The notes under the pieces are model-generated. The model did not search any database. It was not told the origin of the DNA and worked only from the letters and a program-made list of their open reading frames with translations. This document shows, one piece after another, positions 25,360-33,720 of a DNA stretch of 64,000 nt. The stretch lies in the NCBI GenBank assembly GCA_963742975.1, contig CAVUNZ010000025.1, positions 20,230 through 84,229 on the forward strand, read 5' to 3'. Every line of letters begins with the position of its first letter. Position 1 is the first letter of the stretch. The DNA is from an uncultured Alphaproteobacteria bacterium (GTDB lineage Bacteria > Pseudomonadota > Alphaproteobacteria > Rhizobiales > Xanthobacteraceae). A program made the position numbers and the translations under genes.

Positions 25360-26465
25360 ATCACCTCGATGTCGGCTTGGATGGCGCCGGCGGCCTTGAT
25401 CGCTTGCAGGATGATAATGAGGTCGCGCGGGCCGATGCCGAGCGCGTTGAGCCCGTCGACCACCTGCTGCAGCGACACGCCTTCGTGCACCAGCGCGAGC
25501 CCTTTGCCTTCTTCCTGCACGCCGACCGATGTGCGCGGCACAACGACGGTGCGGCCGCGCGAGAACGGCGCCGGTTGACTGACCTGCGGGGTCTCCGAGA
25601 TCGTCACCGTGAGATTGCCTTGCGCCACCGCCACGGTAGAGACGCGCACGTCGCGGCCGATGACGATGACGCCCGATCGTTCGTCGATGACGATTTTCGC
25701 CGCTTCGTCGGGCTCGACCTGGAGCTGCTCGATCTCGGTCAGCATGGCGACGACGTTCTGCGGAAACTTCTTCGGCAGGGTGAGCTGCACGGTCGAGGGA
25801 TCGAGCGGTTCGGCGACCGGCGCGCCGATATAATCATTCACCGCGATCGCTATGCGCTTGGCCGTCGTGAAGTCGGCGTTGCGCAAAGCCAGCCGCAATT
25901 GCCCGACGCTGTTGAGCGCAAATTCGATCTCGCGTTCGATGATGGCGCCGTTGGGCAGCCGTCCGACCGTCGGCACGCCGCGCGTGATGCTCGCGGCCTG
26001 GCCCTGCGCGACGAAGCCACCAACCGACAACGAGCCCTGCGCCACCGCATAGACATTGCCGTCGGCGCCAAGGAGCGGGGTGACCAGAAGCGTGCCGCCT
26101 TCAAGGCTTTTGGAATCGCCCATGGCGGAAGCGGTCACGTCGATGCGGGTGCCTTGGGTGGCGAACGGCGGCAAATTCGCCGTCACCATCACGGCGGCGA
26201 CATTGCCGGTGCGGATGGTCTGGCCGCGGATGTTCACGCCAAGCCGTTCCAGCATGGCCTGCAGGGATTGCTTGGTGAAAGGGGTATTGTTGAGTGTATC
26301 GCCGGTGCCGTTGAGACCAACGACCAGGCCATAACCGATCAACTGGTTCTGCCGCACGCCCTCGATACTGGCGAGGTCCTTAATACGCGACGTGGCCGCC
26401 GCCGGTGACACGGCGCAGCCAAAAGCTACCAGCGCAGCGAGCGCTGTACGAAACGTCCTTCTCAT
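25356..26465 (-). CDS. flgI: flagellar P-ring protein FlgI
   Basis: Signal peptide, then RIKDLASIEGVRQNQLIGYGLVVGLNGTGD. Confidence 0.95.
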   Translation of the reverse strand: MRRTFRTALAALVAFGCAVSPAAATSRIKDLASIEGVRQNQLIGYGLVVGLNGTGDTLNNTPFTKQSLQAMLERLGVNIRGQTIRTGNVAAVMVTANLPPFATQGTRIDVTASAMGDSKSLEGGTLLVTPLLGADGNVYAVAQGSLSVGGFVAQGQAASITRGVPTVGRLPNGAIIEREIEFALNSVGQLRLALRNADFTTAKRIAIAVNDYIGAPVAEPLDPSTVQLTLPKKFPQNVVAMLTEIEQLQVEPDEAAKIVIDERSGVIVIGRDVRVSTVAVAQGNLTVTISETPQVSQPAPFSRGRTVVVPRTSVGVQEEGKGLALVHEGVSLQQVVDGLNALGIGPRDLIIILQAIKAAGAIQADIEVM

Positions 26466-26515
26466 CTCTTGCTCCCCAAGAGGTCAGACGCTCTTGCTCC
26501 CCAAGAGGCCGGACG
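26466..26515 (-). repeat. 25-nt tandem duplication of the flgI leader/RBS
   Basis: CTCTTGCTCCCCAAGAGGTCAGACG / CTCTTGCTCCCCAAGAGGCCGGACG (23/25 identical), abutting the flgI ATG. Confidence 0.85.
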
Positions 26516-26526
26516 CGCTTAACAAT

Positions 26527-26541
26527 GCGAGGAGCGTGCCA
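26527..26541 (-). promoter_or_regulatory. sigma-54-type promoter of flgI operon
   Basis: The minus strand reads TGGCAC-GCTCC-TCGC, about 60 nt upstream of ATG 26465. Confidence 0.5.
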
Positions 26542-26663
26542 CCGGAGCGGCGCGAGCAAGCCATTGAAATAAGTCAGATATTTTCCGCGGTCGCGGCACG
26601 CGCGAGGAGCAGGGCCAGCATCCCTTGCCGGTATGCGGCAATTCTTGCCGCCTTTACCGGGCG

Positions 26664-26671
26664 TTAACCAT
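26664..26671 (+). promoter_or_regulatory. CtrA half-site TTAACCAT upstream of fliX
   Basis: Exact 8-mer only 20 nt upstream of the fliX ATG. Confidence 0.35.
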
Positions 26672-26690
26672 AACCGGCACACTTTATATT

Positions 26691-27101
26691 ATGCGCGTCT
26701 CCGCACCGAACCGCACCACGCTCACGACCGGTACCAATGCGGCCCGGCCGTCGTCCGGCGGCACTTTCTCGCTCGGGGGAACGCAGGCGCCGCAAGCCCA
26801 GTCCGCGGCTTTGGCGTTGCGGACCTTGGGCGGGATCGATGCGCTGATCGCGCTTCAGGGCGTCGAAGATCCGACGGAACGGCGCCGCCGTGCGGTCAAA
26901 TATGGCCGCCGGGCACTGGATGCACTCGATGAACTGAAACTCGGCCTGCTCGCCGGCACCCTCGATCACGCCACCATGCTGCGGCTCAAATCGGTAGCCG
27001 GCGACCTCCAGGAGCCGACCGGCGACGCGCACCTGGACCAGGTCATGGCCGAGATTGACCTGCGGGTCTCCGTCGAACTGGCCAAAGCCGGCATTTCCTG
27101 A
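26691..27101 (+). CDS. fliX: flagellar assembly regulator FliX
   Basis: 136 aa and divergent from flgI, as in Caulobacter. G/S/T-rich N-terminus followed by a helical region ..RRRRAVKYGRRALDALDELKLGLL. Confidence 0.7.
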   Translation: MRVSAPNRTTLTTGTNAARPSSGGTFSLGGTQAPQAQSAALALRTLGGIDALIALQGVEDPTERRRRAVKYGRRALDALDELKLGLLAGTLDHATMLRLKSVAGDLQEPTGDAHLDQVMAEIDLRVSVELAKAGIS

Positions 27102-27360
27102 CGCTGGGTCAGCCTGAGCGCCGCCTCAATTCAAGTCATTTTGCTGATTCTCAGCGGCGGGCAGGGCGCCACAGGGCGGGTCCTCCCGCGTCTGGAGCGC
27201 CACATTCGTGCCATCGCGGAATCGCCGTAACCGGCTCTAATCGGGGCAGAAATCCGGGTTCCCTCAGCCTTCATGATCGTTGTTGTCTCTGTCACGGAGC
27301 TTAGATATAAGCCGCCGCGCGAGGGTAACCTCGTAGGCGTGGGGGTGGGAGTAGACGCAG

Positions 27361-27861
27361 ATGCAATTGCTTAAGAGCATGCTTAAGGGCAAGAACGGTC
27401 GGACTGCCGATACGCCACTAAAGAACGGTAGGGCCGACGCGCTGAACGGTCAGGCTGACGACAAGACATATCGGCCGAGCGACAAGGAGCCGTTCATGAA
27501 TGACCGCCAGCGGGACTATTTTCGCCAGAAACTGCTCGACTGGCGGGAAGACATCCTGAAGGAGGCCAAGGAGACGCTGCAGCATCTCCAGGACGAAAAT
27601 CAGAACCATCCCGATATCGCCGATCGCGCGTCGTCGGAAACCGACCGGGCCATCGAGCTGCGCGCCCGGGACCGCCAGCGCAAGCTGATCGCCAAGATCG
27701 ACGCGGCATTGCAGCGTATCGAAGACGGCACTTACGGCTATTGCGAGGAAACCGGCGAGCCGATCACGCTGAAGCGGCTCGAAGCCCGGCCGATCGCAAC
27801 TTTGTCGATCGAGGCGCAGGAACGCCACGAGCGGCGCGAGCGCGTTTATCGCGACGAATAG
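27361..27861 (+). CDS. dksA: RNA polymerase-binding transcription factor DksA (single-Cys, non-zinc-finger type)
   Basis: YRPSDKEPFMNDRQRDYFRQKLL..DIADRAS..GTYGYCEETGEPI..RLEARPIATLSIEAQE. The start could instead be ATG 27379. Confidence 0.85.
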   Translation: MQLLKSMLKGKNGRTADTPLKNGRADALNGQADDKTYRPSDKEPFMNDRQRDYFRQKLLDWREDILKEAKETLQHLQDENQNHPDIADRASSETDRAIELRARDRQRKLIAKIDAALQRIEDGTYGYCEETGEPITLKRLEARPIATLSIEAQERHERRERVYRDE

Positions 27862-27949
27862 GCTTTGCTGCTTCCGCTGTGGTGAACGCCGGCGAGGCGT
27901 GTGAAGAATTGGCGCGGGAAGAATTCGTGCACGAGCCCTGTCGCTACCC

Positions 27950-27965
27950 TTAAGGTTTTGTTTAC
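27950..27965 (+). promoter_or_regulatory. CtrA-box-like site (TTAA-N7-TTTAC) upstream of TPR-glycosyltransferase 3
   Basis: TTAAGGTTTTGTTTAC lies about 70-85 nt upstream of 28035. One mismatch to the consensus. Confidence 0.3.
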
Positions 27966-28034
27966 CAAACATCTTTACCGACCGTTAAGGAACCGGGCGG
28001 CGTCACGTGCTGCGCCGGCAAGCTGGTCGCGGTC

Positions 28035-29651
28035 ATGGCAAGCGGCTCGTCACCGCACTTTTCTTCTTCGCGCAATCTGTCGCGGATGCTGCGGCGCGCG
28101 CTGCAGGCCCATGAGGCCGGCGATGGCGCCAAGGCGAGCCGGCTCTATGCCGAAATACTGCAATACGAACCGGACAATTTTGACGCGCTGCATGGCCTCG
28201 GCAAGCTGCACTGCGACTGCGGCCGTTTTGATACCGCGCTCGCTCTCATTCAGCGGGCGCTGACGATCGATCCGCGCCGCGCCGACGGATTTTCAAGTCT
28301 CGGCCTCACTTTCTATTATCTGCGCCGCCTCAACGACGCGCTGACAAGTTTTAACGAGGGCCTGCGTCTTGACCCGGATAATGCCGAACTGTTGAACCAG
28401 CGCGGCGTGGCGCTGCTCGAGCTTGGCCGTTCCCACGAGGCGCTCGCAAGTTTCGAGCAGGCGCTGGCCGCCGAGCCCAGGTCTCTCGATGCGCTCGGCA
28501 ATTACGGCAATGCGCTGCTGAAACTCAATCGTCCGTCCGATGCGATTGCCGCTTACGATCGGGCGCTGGCGATTGCCCCGCATAATGCCGGGCTTCTTAC
28601 CAATCGCGCCATCGCGCTGCGCAAGCTCGATCGGCCGCACGAAGCGCTGATGAGCGTCACGCGCGCGCTCGCAAACAAGCCGGATTTTGCCCAGGCGCGG
28701 TTCGTCGACAGCCTGGTGCGATTGACCCTGGGCGATTTTCGCGCCGGATGGCGCGCCTATGAATCGCGCTGGCAGGGCAGAAATCTTGCCGCGCAACGCC
28801 GCGATTTTACAGCGCCGTTATGGCTGGGTGGAAGCTCGCTCGAGGGCAAAACCATTCTGCTCCATGCCGAGCAGGGTTTTGGCGACACTCTCCAATTCGT
28901 GCGCTACGCGCCGCTTGTGGCGGGGCATGGCGCCAAGGTCGTTCTTGAAGTGCAGCGCGAACTGGTTCGCCTGTTGTCGGGCCTCGACGGCATCGACGCC
29001 GTGATCGGCCGCGGCGAGACCTTGCCGTCTTTCGACGCGCATTGTCCGCTGCTGAGCCTGCCGCTCGCCTTCGGCACCGAACCGGCAACGGTTCCGGCGC
29101 CCGTGCCGTACGTCGCGGCGGTCGGCGACGATATTCGGCTTTGGCGTGAACTCCTTCCGCAAAGGCCGCGGCCGCGCGTCGGCGTGGTGTGGTCCGGCGA
29201 TCCTAGTCATGACAACGACATCAACCGGTCGATGCGCCTTAAGGCGATAGCGCCGGTATTCGACGTGCCGGACGTCGATTTCGTCAGTCTGCAATACAAG
29301 ATTCGCGACGAGGACGTCGCAGTGCTGCGGGATTTCCCGAACCTGTTTCGGCTCGAGCGCAGCTTCCGCGATTTTTCAGACACCGCGGCCGTTGTTGCAA
29401 GCTTGGATGCGGTAATCTCGGTCGATAGCGCGGTGGCGCATCTCGCCGGCGCGATGGGCAAGGAGCTGTTCGTGCTACTGCCGCTCGGCGCCGATTTCCG
29501 CTGGCTGCGCGAGCGCGCCGACAGCCCGTGGTATCCGACGGCGCGATTGCTGCGGCAAACGCAATTCGGCGATTGGGGCAGCGTGATTGAATCGCTCGCA
29601 GCGGAGCTGCGCGCGCGGTTTAGTCCGGCGGCCCGCAAGTTGTCGGCGTGA
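28035..29651 (+). CDS. TPR + GT9-like glycosyltransferase, paralogue 3
   Basis: N-terminal ..PDNFDALHGLGKL and TPRs, then EQGFGDTLQFVRYAPL, VPAPVPYV and VDSAVAHLAGAMGKELFVLLP..PWYPTARLLRQ. The start could instead be ATG 28086. Confidence 0.8.
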   Translation: MASGSSPHFSSSRNLSRMLRRALQAHEAGDGAKASRLYAEILQYEPDNFDALHGLGKLHCDCGRFDTALALIQRALTIDPRRADGFSSLGLTFYYLRRLNDALTSFNEGLRLDPDNAELLNQRGVALLELGRSHEALASFEQALAAEPRSLDALGNYGNALLKLNRPSDAIAAYDRALAIAPHNAGLLTNRAIALRKLDRPHEALMSVTRALANKPDFAQARFVDSLVRLTLGDFRAGWRAYESRWQGRNLAAQRRDFTAPLWLGGSSLEGKTILLHAEQGFGDTLQFVRYAPLVAGHGAKVVLEVQRELVRLLSGLDGIDAVIGRGETLPSFDAHCPLLSLPLAFGTEPATVPAPVPYVAAVGDDIRLWRELLPQRPRPRVGVVWSGDPSHDNDINRSMRLKAIAPVFDVPDVDFVSLQYKIRDEDVAVLRDFPNLFRLERSFRDFSDTAAVVASLDAVISVDSAVAHLAGAMGKELFVLLPLGADFRWLRERADSPWYPTARLLRQTQFGDWGSVIESLAAELRARFSPAARKLSA

Positions 29652-29679
29652 CGCTTCGCTAAGACGGCGCAAAACGATT

Positions 29680-29710
29680 GCGGCCTCCGGCGGGAGCTGC
29701 CGGAGGCCGC
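29680..29710. terminator. bidirectional hairpin terminator between the TPR-GT3 gene and flgH
   Basis: Perfect 12-bp stem GCGGCCTCCGGC / GCCGGAGGCCGC with a 7-nt loop. A T-rich tract (AATCGTTTTG) follows it on the minus strand. Confidence 0.6.
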
Positions 29711-29792
29711 GTCGTTCAGGATCCGCGTTGCGCCGCGCTGACCCTGGGGAGCTCGTTTTTTGTTTAAGCGGACTCTCGCTTGCGAACCCGCT

Positions 29793-30539
29793 CTAGAACG
29801 GCAACAGAACACTGAGCGCCTGGTTGCCCCAAGGCGGCGGTTGAATTGTCGTGAGCGTGCCCTTGCCGCCATAAGCGACGCGGGCTTCGGCGATCTTCGG
29901 CAGGTCGATGGTATTGTCGCTTTCGATATCTTCGGGCCGCACCACGCCGGCGACGATCAGCACGCGCATTTCCGTATTGAGCCGGACTTCCTGCTTGCCT
30001 TCGATCACCATATTGCCGTTGGGCAGAAGCTGGGTGACGACCGCGGCGACGTTGGTGACCAATTGGTCGGTGCGGTTGATCGAGCCGTTGGCGTTGCTCT
30101 GTGTGTTGCTCTCGGCGGTGATGAGCGCGCCTGGCAGGACCGCCTTGGCCGGATTGTTGATCCTGTTGGCGCCGAGGAAGTTGGTGATTTCGTTGTCTTC
30201 GGTGGCGGTGCGCGTGACCTGGGTCTGATCCTGGAATTGCGCGGTGTCGTTGATGTTGACCTTTACGGTTAGAATGTCGCCGATCTGATGCGCGCGTTGA
30301 TCCTTGAAGAAGGCGCGCGAGCCGTTGCGCCACAGCGAATTGGGATTGAAAGTGACAGGCTGCGGGACCGGCATCGGCATCTGCACAGGCTTGTAGGCGG
30401 GCTGTGTCGTCGGATTTTCGATCGGCGAAAGCGGCGGGTCCTGGCCGATCAAGGCCAGTTTGTCGATTGCGGAACAGTTCGAGTTGAAGATCGCGACCGA
30501 CGACAACAAAGCACAACGCAGCAAAACGCTCTTCGACAT
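29793..30539 (-). CDS. flgH: flagellar L-ring lipoprotein FlgH
   Basis: Signal/lipobox region ..IFNSNC, then SLWRNGSRAFFKDQRAHQIGDILTVKVNINDTA. Confidence 0.9.
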   Translation of the reverse strand: MSKSVLLRCALLSSVAIFNSNCSAIDKLALIGQDPPLSPIENPTTQPAYKPVQMPMPVPQPVTFNPNSLWRNGSRAFFKDQRAHQIGDILTVKVNINDTAQFQDQTQVTRTATEDNEITNFLGANRINNPAKAVLPGALITAESNTQSNANGSINRTDQLVTNVAAVVTQLLPNGNMVIEGKQEVRLNTEMRVLIVAGVVRPEDIESDNTIDLPKIAEARVAYGGKGTLTTIQPPPWGNQALSVLLPF

Positions 30540-30570
30540 CGTACTAACCTCTCACTTTCGCAACTGACAT

Positions 30571-30690
30571 ATTCGCTACTGAGATGTTCGCTACGGACCT
30601 ATTTGCTACTGACCTGCCGGCAACGGACTTGTTTGCGGCAAACTTGTCGGCGCTACGCCTATTGGCGGCAGATTTGTTACGCACTTGCGC
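30571..30690. repeat. eight degenerate 15-nt tandem repeats in the flgA-flgH spacer
   Basis: ATTCGCTACTGAGAT GTTCGCTACGGACCT ATTTGCTACTGACCT GCCGGCAACGGACTT GTTTGCGGCAAACTT GTCGGCGCTACGCCT ATTGGCGGCAGATTT GTTACGCACTTGCGC. Confidence 0.85.
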
Positions 30691-30706
30691 ATCTCGCCTG
30701 CACAAC

Positions 30707-31705
30707 TCACTGCGACCGCATCACCATATTGTCGACCACGCGTGTCGTGATGGCGCCGACATTGATGCGATCCGGCGCCGTCACGACTCCCGAAACGACG
30801 CGCTTGGATTCGATATTGAGCACGCTGACCGTGTCGCCGAGCGCGCCGGCCTCCTGCGCCTGGCCGCGCAGCGTCAGCGTGACGCCGGGGACCTCATAAA
30901 CGATGGTCACCGAATCGCCGCGCTGCACGATTTCCGGCTTCATCAGATCGGCGGTGTTGAGCGGCTGGCTCGGCAAGAGCGGATGCCGCGCTTGCATGCC
31001 GACCACGAGATTGGTGTCGGTCACGACATTGCTGTCGACCCGCGGCCGCCGCAGCACCGTGACGTCGGACGCTTTGATGATCTGACCGCGCTCGATCGGA
31101 TGATCGACCGTCAGCGCATCGACGGTGGCAATCGCTGTGCCGATATAATGGGTATTCTGCTTGCGCAGCTCCGCGCTCGACGGCAGGCCGAGCGTGACGT
31201 CAAAGCGGGTGCTGCGCGGGTCATAGGCGACGCTCAGCACCTGCAATTCGCCGGCGGCGTTCGGTTCGACTTGCAGCGTGCGCACGTCGTGGTCGAAAGT
31301 GACGAGAATATTGTGAGCATCGCCGAAACCGAATTGACCGGAGAGCGCTTGCGCGATGCGGCTGGAAATTTCCTGCGCCGAGATGGTGCGGCTGGCGCGC
31401 GTGACCAGGACTTCGGACAGGCCGCGGGTGTTGATGCCGATCAGCTCGTGCGGCCGGATCGCTTCGACGATGCGATCGATGGCAACGGCGCCGGTGGTGC
31501 CGAGATCGGGCGAACGGAAGATCGGGATATTGGCGACCGGCCCGGCATTTTCGACGAGATCGCCGATGCGCACCACGTCGCTGGTCACCGTGACGCTCGA
31601 TTTCAGCGCGGGCGGCGGCGGCGCGCTTTGCGCGAGCGCCGTGCCGCCGAGTGCGAGAAGCACGGGGAGGGTGGTCGCGGTCCGGCGGATCATCTCAATG
31701 ATCAT
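30707..31705 (-). CDS. flgA: flagellar basal-body P-ring formation chaperone FlgA
   Basis: Signal peptide, a SAF-like region, and C-terminal ..GDSVTIVYEVPGVTLTLRGQAQEAGALGDTVSVLN. Lies between flgG and flgH. Confidence 0.8.
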   Translation of the reverse strand: MIIEMIRRTATTLPVLLALGGTALAQSAPPPPALKSSVTVTSDVVRIGDLVENAGPVANIPIFRSPDLGTTGAVAIDRIVEAIRPHELIGINTRGLSEVLVTRASRTISAQEISSRIAQALSGQFGFGDAHNILVTFDHDVRTLQVEPNAAGELQVLSVAYDPRSTRFDVTLGLPSSAELRKQNTHYIGTAIATVDALTVDHPIERGQIIKASDVTVLRRPRVDSNVVTDTNLVVGMQARHPLLPSQPLNTADLMKPEIVQRGDSVTIVYEVPGVTLTLRGQAQEAGALGDTVSVLNIESKRVVSGVVTAPDRINVGAITTRVVDNMVMRSQ

Positions 31706-31719
31706 GGCGTCGATCCTTC

Positions 31720-32508
31720 TCAGCGCATCAGTTGCGCGGTCGTTTGCAGCATTTCGTCGGCCGCGGTGATGACCTTGGAATTCATTTCATAGGCGCGTTG
31801 GGCCTGGATCAGATTGGAAATCTCGGTCACCGCCTGCACATTGGATTGCTCGAGGAAGCCCTGCTGCAGGGTGCCGGCGCCGTCGGTTCCGGCCAGCGTG
31901 TCCTGCGGCGTGCCCGAGGCCGGCGTCGCCGTGAACAAGTTGCTGCCTTGTCCTTGCAGGCCGGCATTGTTGGTGAAACGCGTGATCGTGAACTGACCGA
32001 GGATCGACGAGTTCGTCGAGCCCGGCAGCGTTACCGAGACCTGGCCCTGAGTGTTGATGGTGAGACCCATCGCATTCTGCGGAATGGTGATGGTCGGCTG
32101 AACGACATTGCCTTCGGCGGTGACGATGCGGCCCTGCGAGTCCTGCTGGAACGAGCCGTCGCGGGTGTAGCTGAAGGTGCCGTCCGGCATCTGAATCTTG
32201 AACCAGCCGTCGCCCTGGATGGCGACGTCGAGCTGGTTGCCGGTCTGCGCCAGCGCGCCTTGGGTCATCAGGCGCGGCGTGCCCACCGTCTTGACGCCCG
32301 AGCCGAGCTCGATGCCGACCGGCAGGATATTGCCTTGCTCGGACGCCTGCGCGCCGATGCGCTGCACGTGCTCGTAGATCAGATCCTGGAATTCGGCGCG
32401 CTGGCTCTTGAAGCCGGTCGTGCTCATATTGGCGATATTGCCGGCGATGACCTGGACCTGGAGGTCCATGGCTGCCATGCCGGTCGCTGCGGTATCAAGC
32501 GCACGCAT
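31720..32508 (-). CDS. flgG: flagellar distal rod protein FlgG
   Basis: MRALDTAATGM..NIANMSTTGFK .. C-terminus LIQAQRAYEMNSKVI. Confidence 0.95.
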   Translation of the reverse strand: MRALDTAATGMAAMDLQVQVIAGNIANMSTTGFKSQRAEFQDLIYEHVQRIGAQASEQGNILPVGIELGSGVKTVGTPRLMTQGALAQTGNQLDVAIQGDGWFKIQMPDGTFSYTRDGSFQQDSQGRIVTAEGNVVQPTITIPQNAMGLTINTQGQVSVTLPGSTNSSILGQFTITRFTNNAGLQGQGSNLFTATPASGTPQDTLAGTDGAGTLQQGFLEQSNVQAVTEISNLIQAQRAYEMNSKVITAADEMLQTTAQLMR

Positions 32509-32570
32509 TTTTTACATTCCCCCGAAACTCAAAGCCCCAAAACTCACACGCCAAGCCGAACTGCACCGAG

Positions 32571-33344
32571 CTACGAAGTGGTCGGCGTCTGCGACAACTG
32601 CGCCAGCGCGTTTTTGCGCAGGTCGCCTTCTTGCGACAGGATATTGGCGATGTCGCTATAGCTGCGGGTGATCTCGATCATCCGCGCCATTTCGGCGACG
32701 CCGTTCACGTTCGATTTCTCGATCTCGCCTTGCACCACGTTGGTGTTGGCCGGAGCCGGGTTGGGCGTGACATTGTTGGGCGCCATGAAGCTGGAGGCGC
32801 CGTCCTTTTGCAGAACCTGCGGATTGGCGAAGCTGGCGAGCTGCAGCGTGCCGCGCTGCGCATCGATGGTGCTGTTGCCCTCTTGCACCGTGATGATGCC
32901 GCTGAGGCTGATATTAATGTCGTGGTCGGTGTTCTGGAATGTGATCGGCCCGCTTTGGCCCAGCACCGCGTCACCGTTGCTGTTCACGAGCTGGCCGGCG
33001 CCATTGATCTGAAACGCGCCGTTGCGGGTGTAGCGCTGGCCGCGCGCGGTCTGCACCACGAAATAGGCATTGCCGTCGATGGCGACGTCGAGCGGGCTGC
33101 CGGTGCGCTCAATGGCGCCCGGCGCCATGTCGATATAGCCGGTGCGGTCATCGACGAAGTCGACTTGGCGGTCCCGGCCACTGAAATTCTCGTCGCTGGC
33201 GTGCGACTGCAGATATTGGCCGAACACGTTTTTGTCGGCTTTGAATCCGGTGGTGTCGATATTAGCGATATTGTTGGCGATGGTATCGAGCTGGTGCCCG
33301 AGCACGACTTGCCGTGACAGGCCGATAAGAAGGGCATTCTCCAT
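32571..33344 (-). CDS. flgF: flagellar proximal rod protein FlgF
   Basis: ATG 33344 is preceded by GGGAGAA. MENALLIGLSRQ..NIANIDTTGFK .. MIEITRSY. Confidence 0.9.
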   Translation of the reverse strand: MENALLIGLSRQVVLGHQLDTIANNIANIDTTGFKADKNVFGQYLQSHASDENFSGRDRQVDFVDDRTGYIDMAPGAIERTGSPLDVAIDGNAYFVVQTARGQRYTRNGAFQINGAGQLVNSNGDAVLGQSGPITFQNTDHDINISLSGIITVQEGNSTIDAQRGTLQLASFANPQVLQKDGASSFMAPNNVTPNPAPANTNVVQGEIEKSNVNGVAEMARMIEITRSYSDIANILSQEGDLRKNALAQLSQTPTTS

Positions 33345-33430
33345 CGGAAAGATTCTCCCTTTTGCGCCGAAAGCGCCGCCGTCCGGCACCTTCCGTTGCG
33401 CCCCGCACACTCTCCCAAGCTGCAGGGCGT

Positions 33431-33438
33431 ATGGTTAA
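33431..33438 (-). promoter_or_regulatory. CtrA half-site TTAACCAT (minus strand) in flgF-fliL spacer
   Basis: The plus strand reads ATGGTTAA. It is paired with the plus-strand copy at 33596-33603. Confidence 0.3.
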
Positions 33439-33440
33439 TT

Positions 33441-33455
33441 GCAGAAGCCGTGCCA
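33441..33455 (-). promoter_or_regulatory. sigma-54-type promoter of flgFGAH operon
   Basis: The minus strand reads TGGCAC-GGCTT-CTGC, about 100 nt upstream of ATG 33344. Confidence 0.5.
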
Positions 33456-33595
33456 AGGCCTGATCGGCAGCAAAAATAAAGCCTTATCAATGTGTTAGTA
33501 TTAACGGACGGGGTCGCCAGGGCGGCAGAAAAGGCCTTGTTACGGGCTCATACCCGGCAAAAAATTCCGACTGTTAGAGCGGTGGCAAGTATCCG

Positions 33596-33603
33596 TTAAC
33601 CAT
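33596..33603 (+). promoter_or_regulatory. CtrA half-site TTAACCAT upstream of fliL
   Basis: Exact 8-mer about 120 nt upstream of the fliL ATG. Confidence 0.4.
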
Positions 33604-33720
33604 TCCTGCCTAGCTTCAATGCAGCGGCGTCGCTTCCTCCGGCGCCGAGATAGCGCCCGCAACTTTGTATTGCGTCGATTCGGCCGGCTGCGTGCGCTCG
33701 CCACGTAAGCGGGAGCGGTA

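Noticed and set aside
27199-27213. Sigma-54-like motif TGGCAC-GAATG-TGGC on the minus strand, pointing into the fliX 3' end (possible antisense RNA)
   Set aside because: No gene lies downstream in that orientation. By rough composition estimate, TGGCAC-N7-GC is expected a few times per 64 kb by chance, so there is no positional support.
27484-27498. Strong AAGGAG + ATG inside dksA, suggesting a shorter 121-aa protein
   Set aside because: The upstream residues YRPSDKEPFMN belong to the conserved DksA N-terminal region, so the SD-like sequence is coincidental coding sequence.
30571-30690. Possible CRISPR array
   Set aside because: The period is only 15 nt with no unique spacers, the repeats are degenerate, and there are no cas genes. 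It is reported as a tandem repeat instead.
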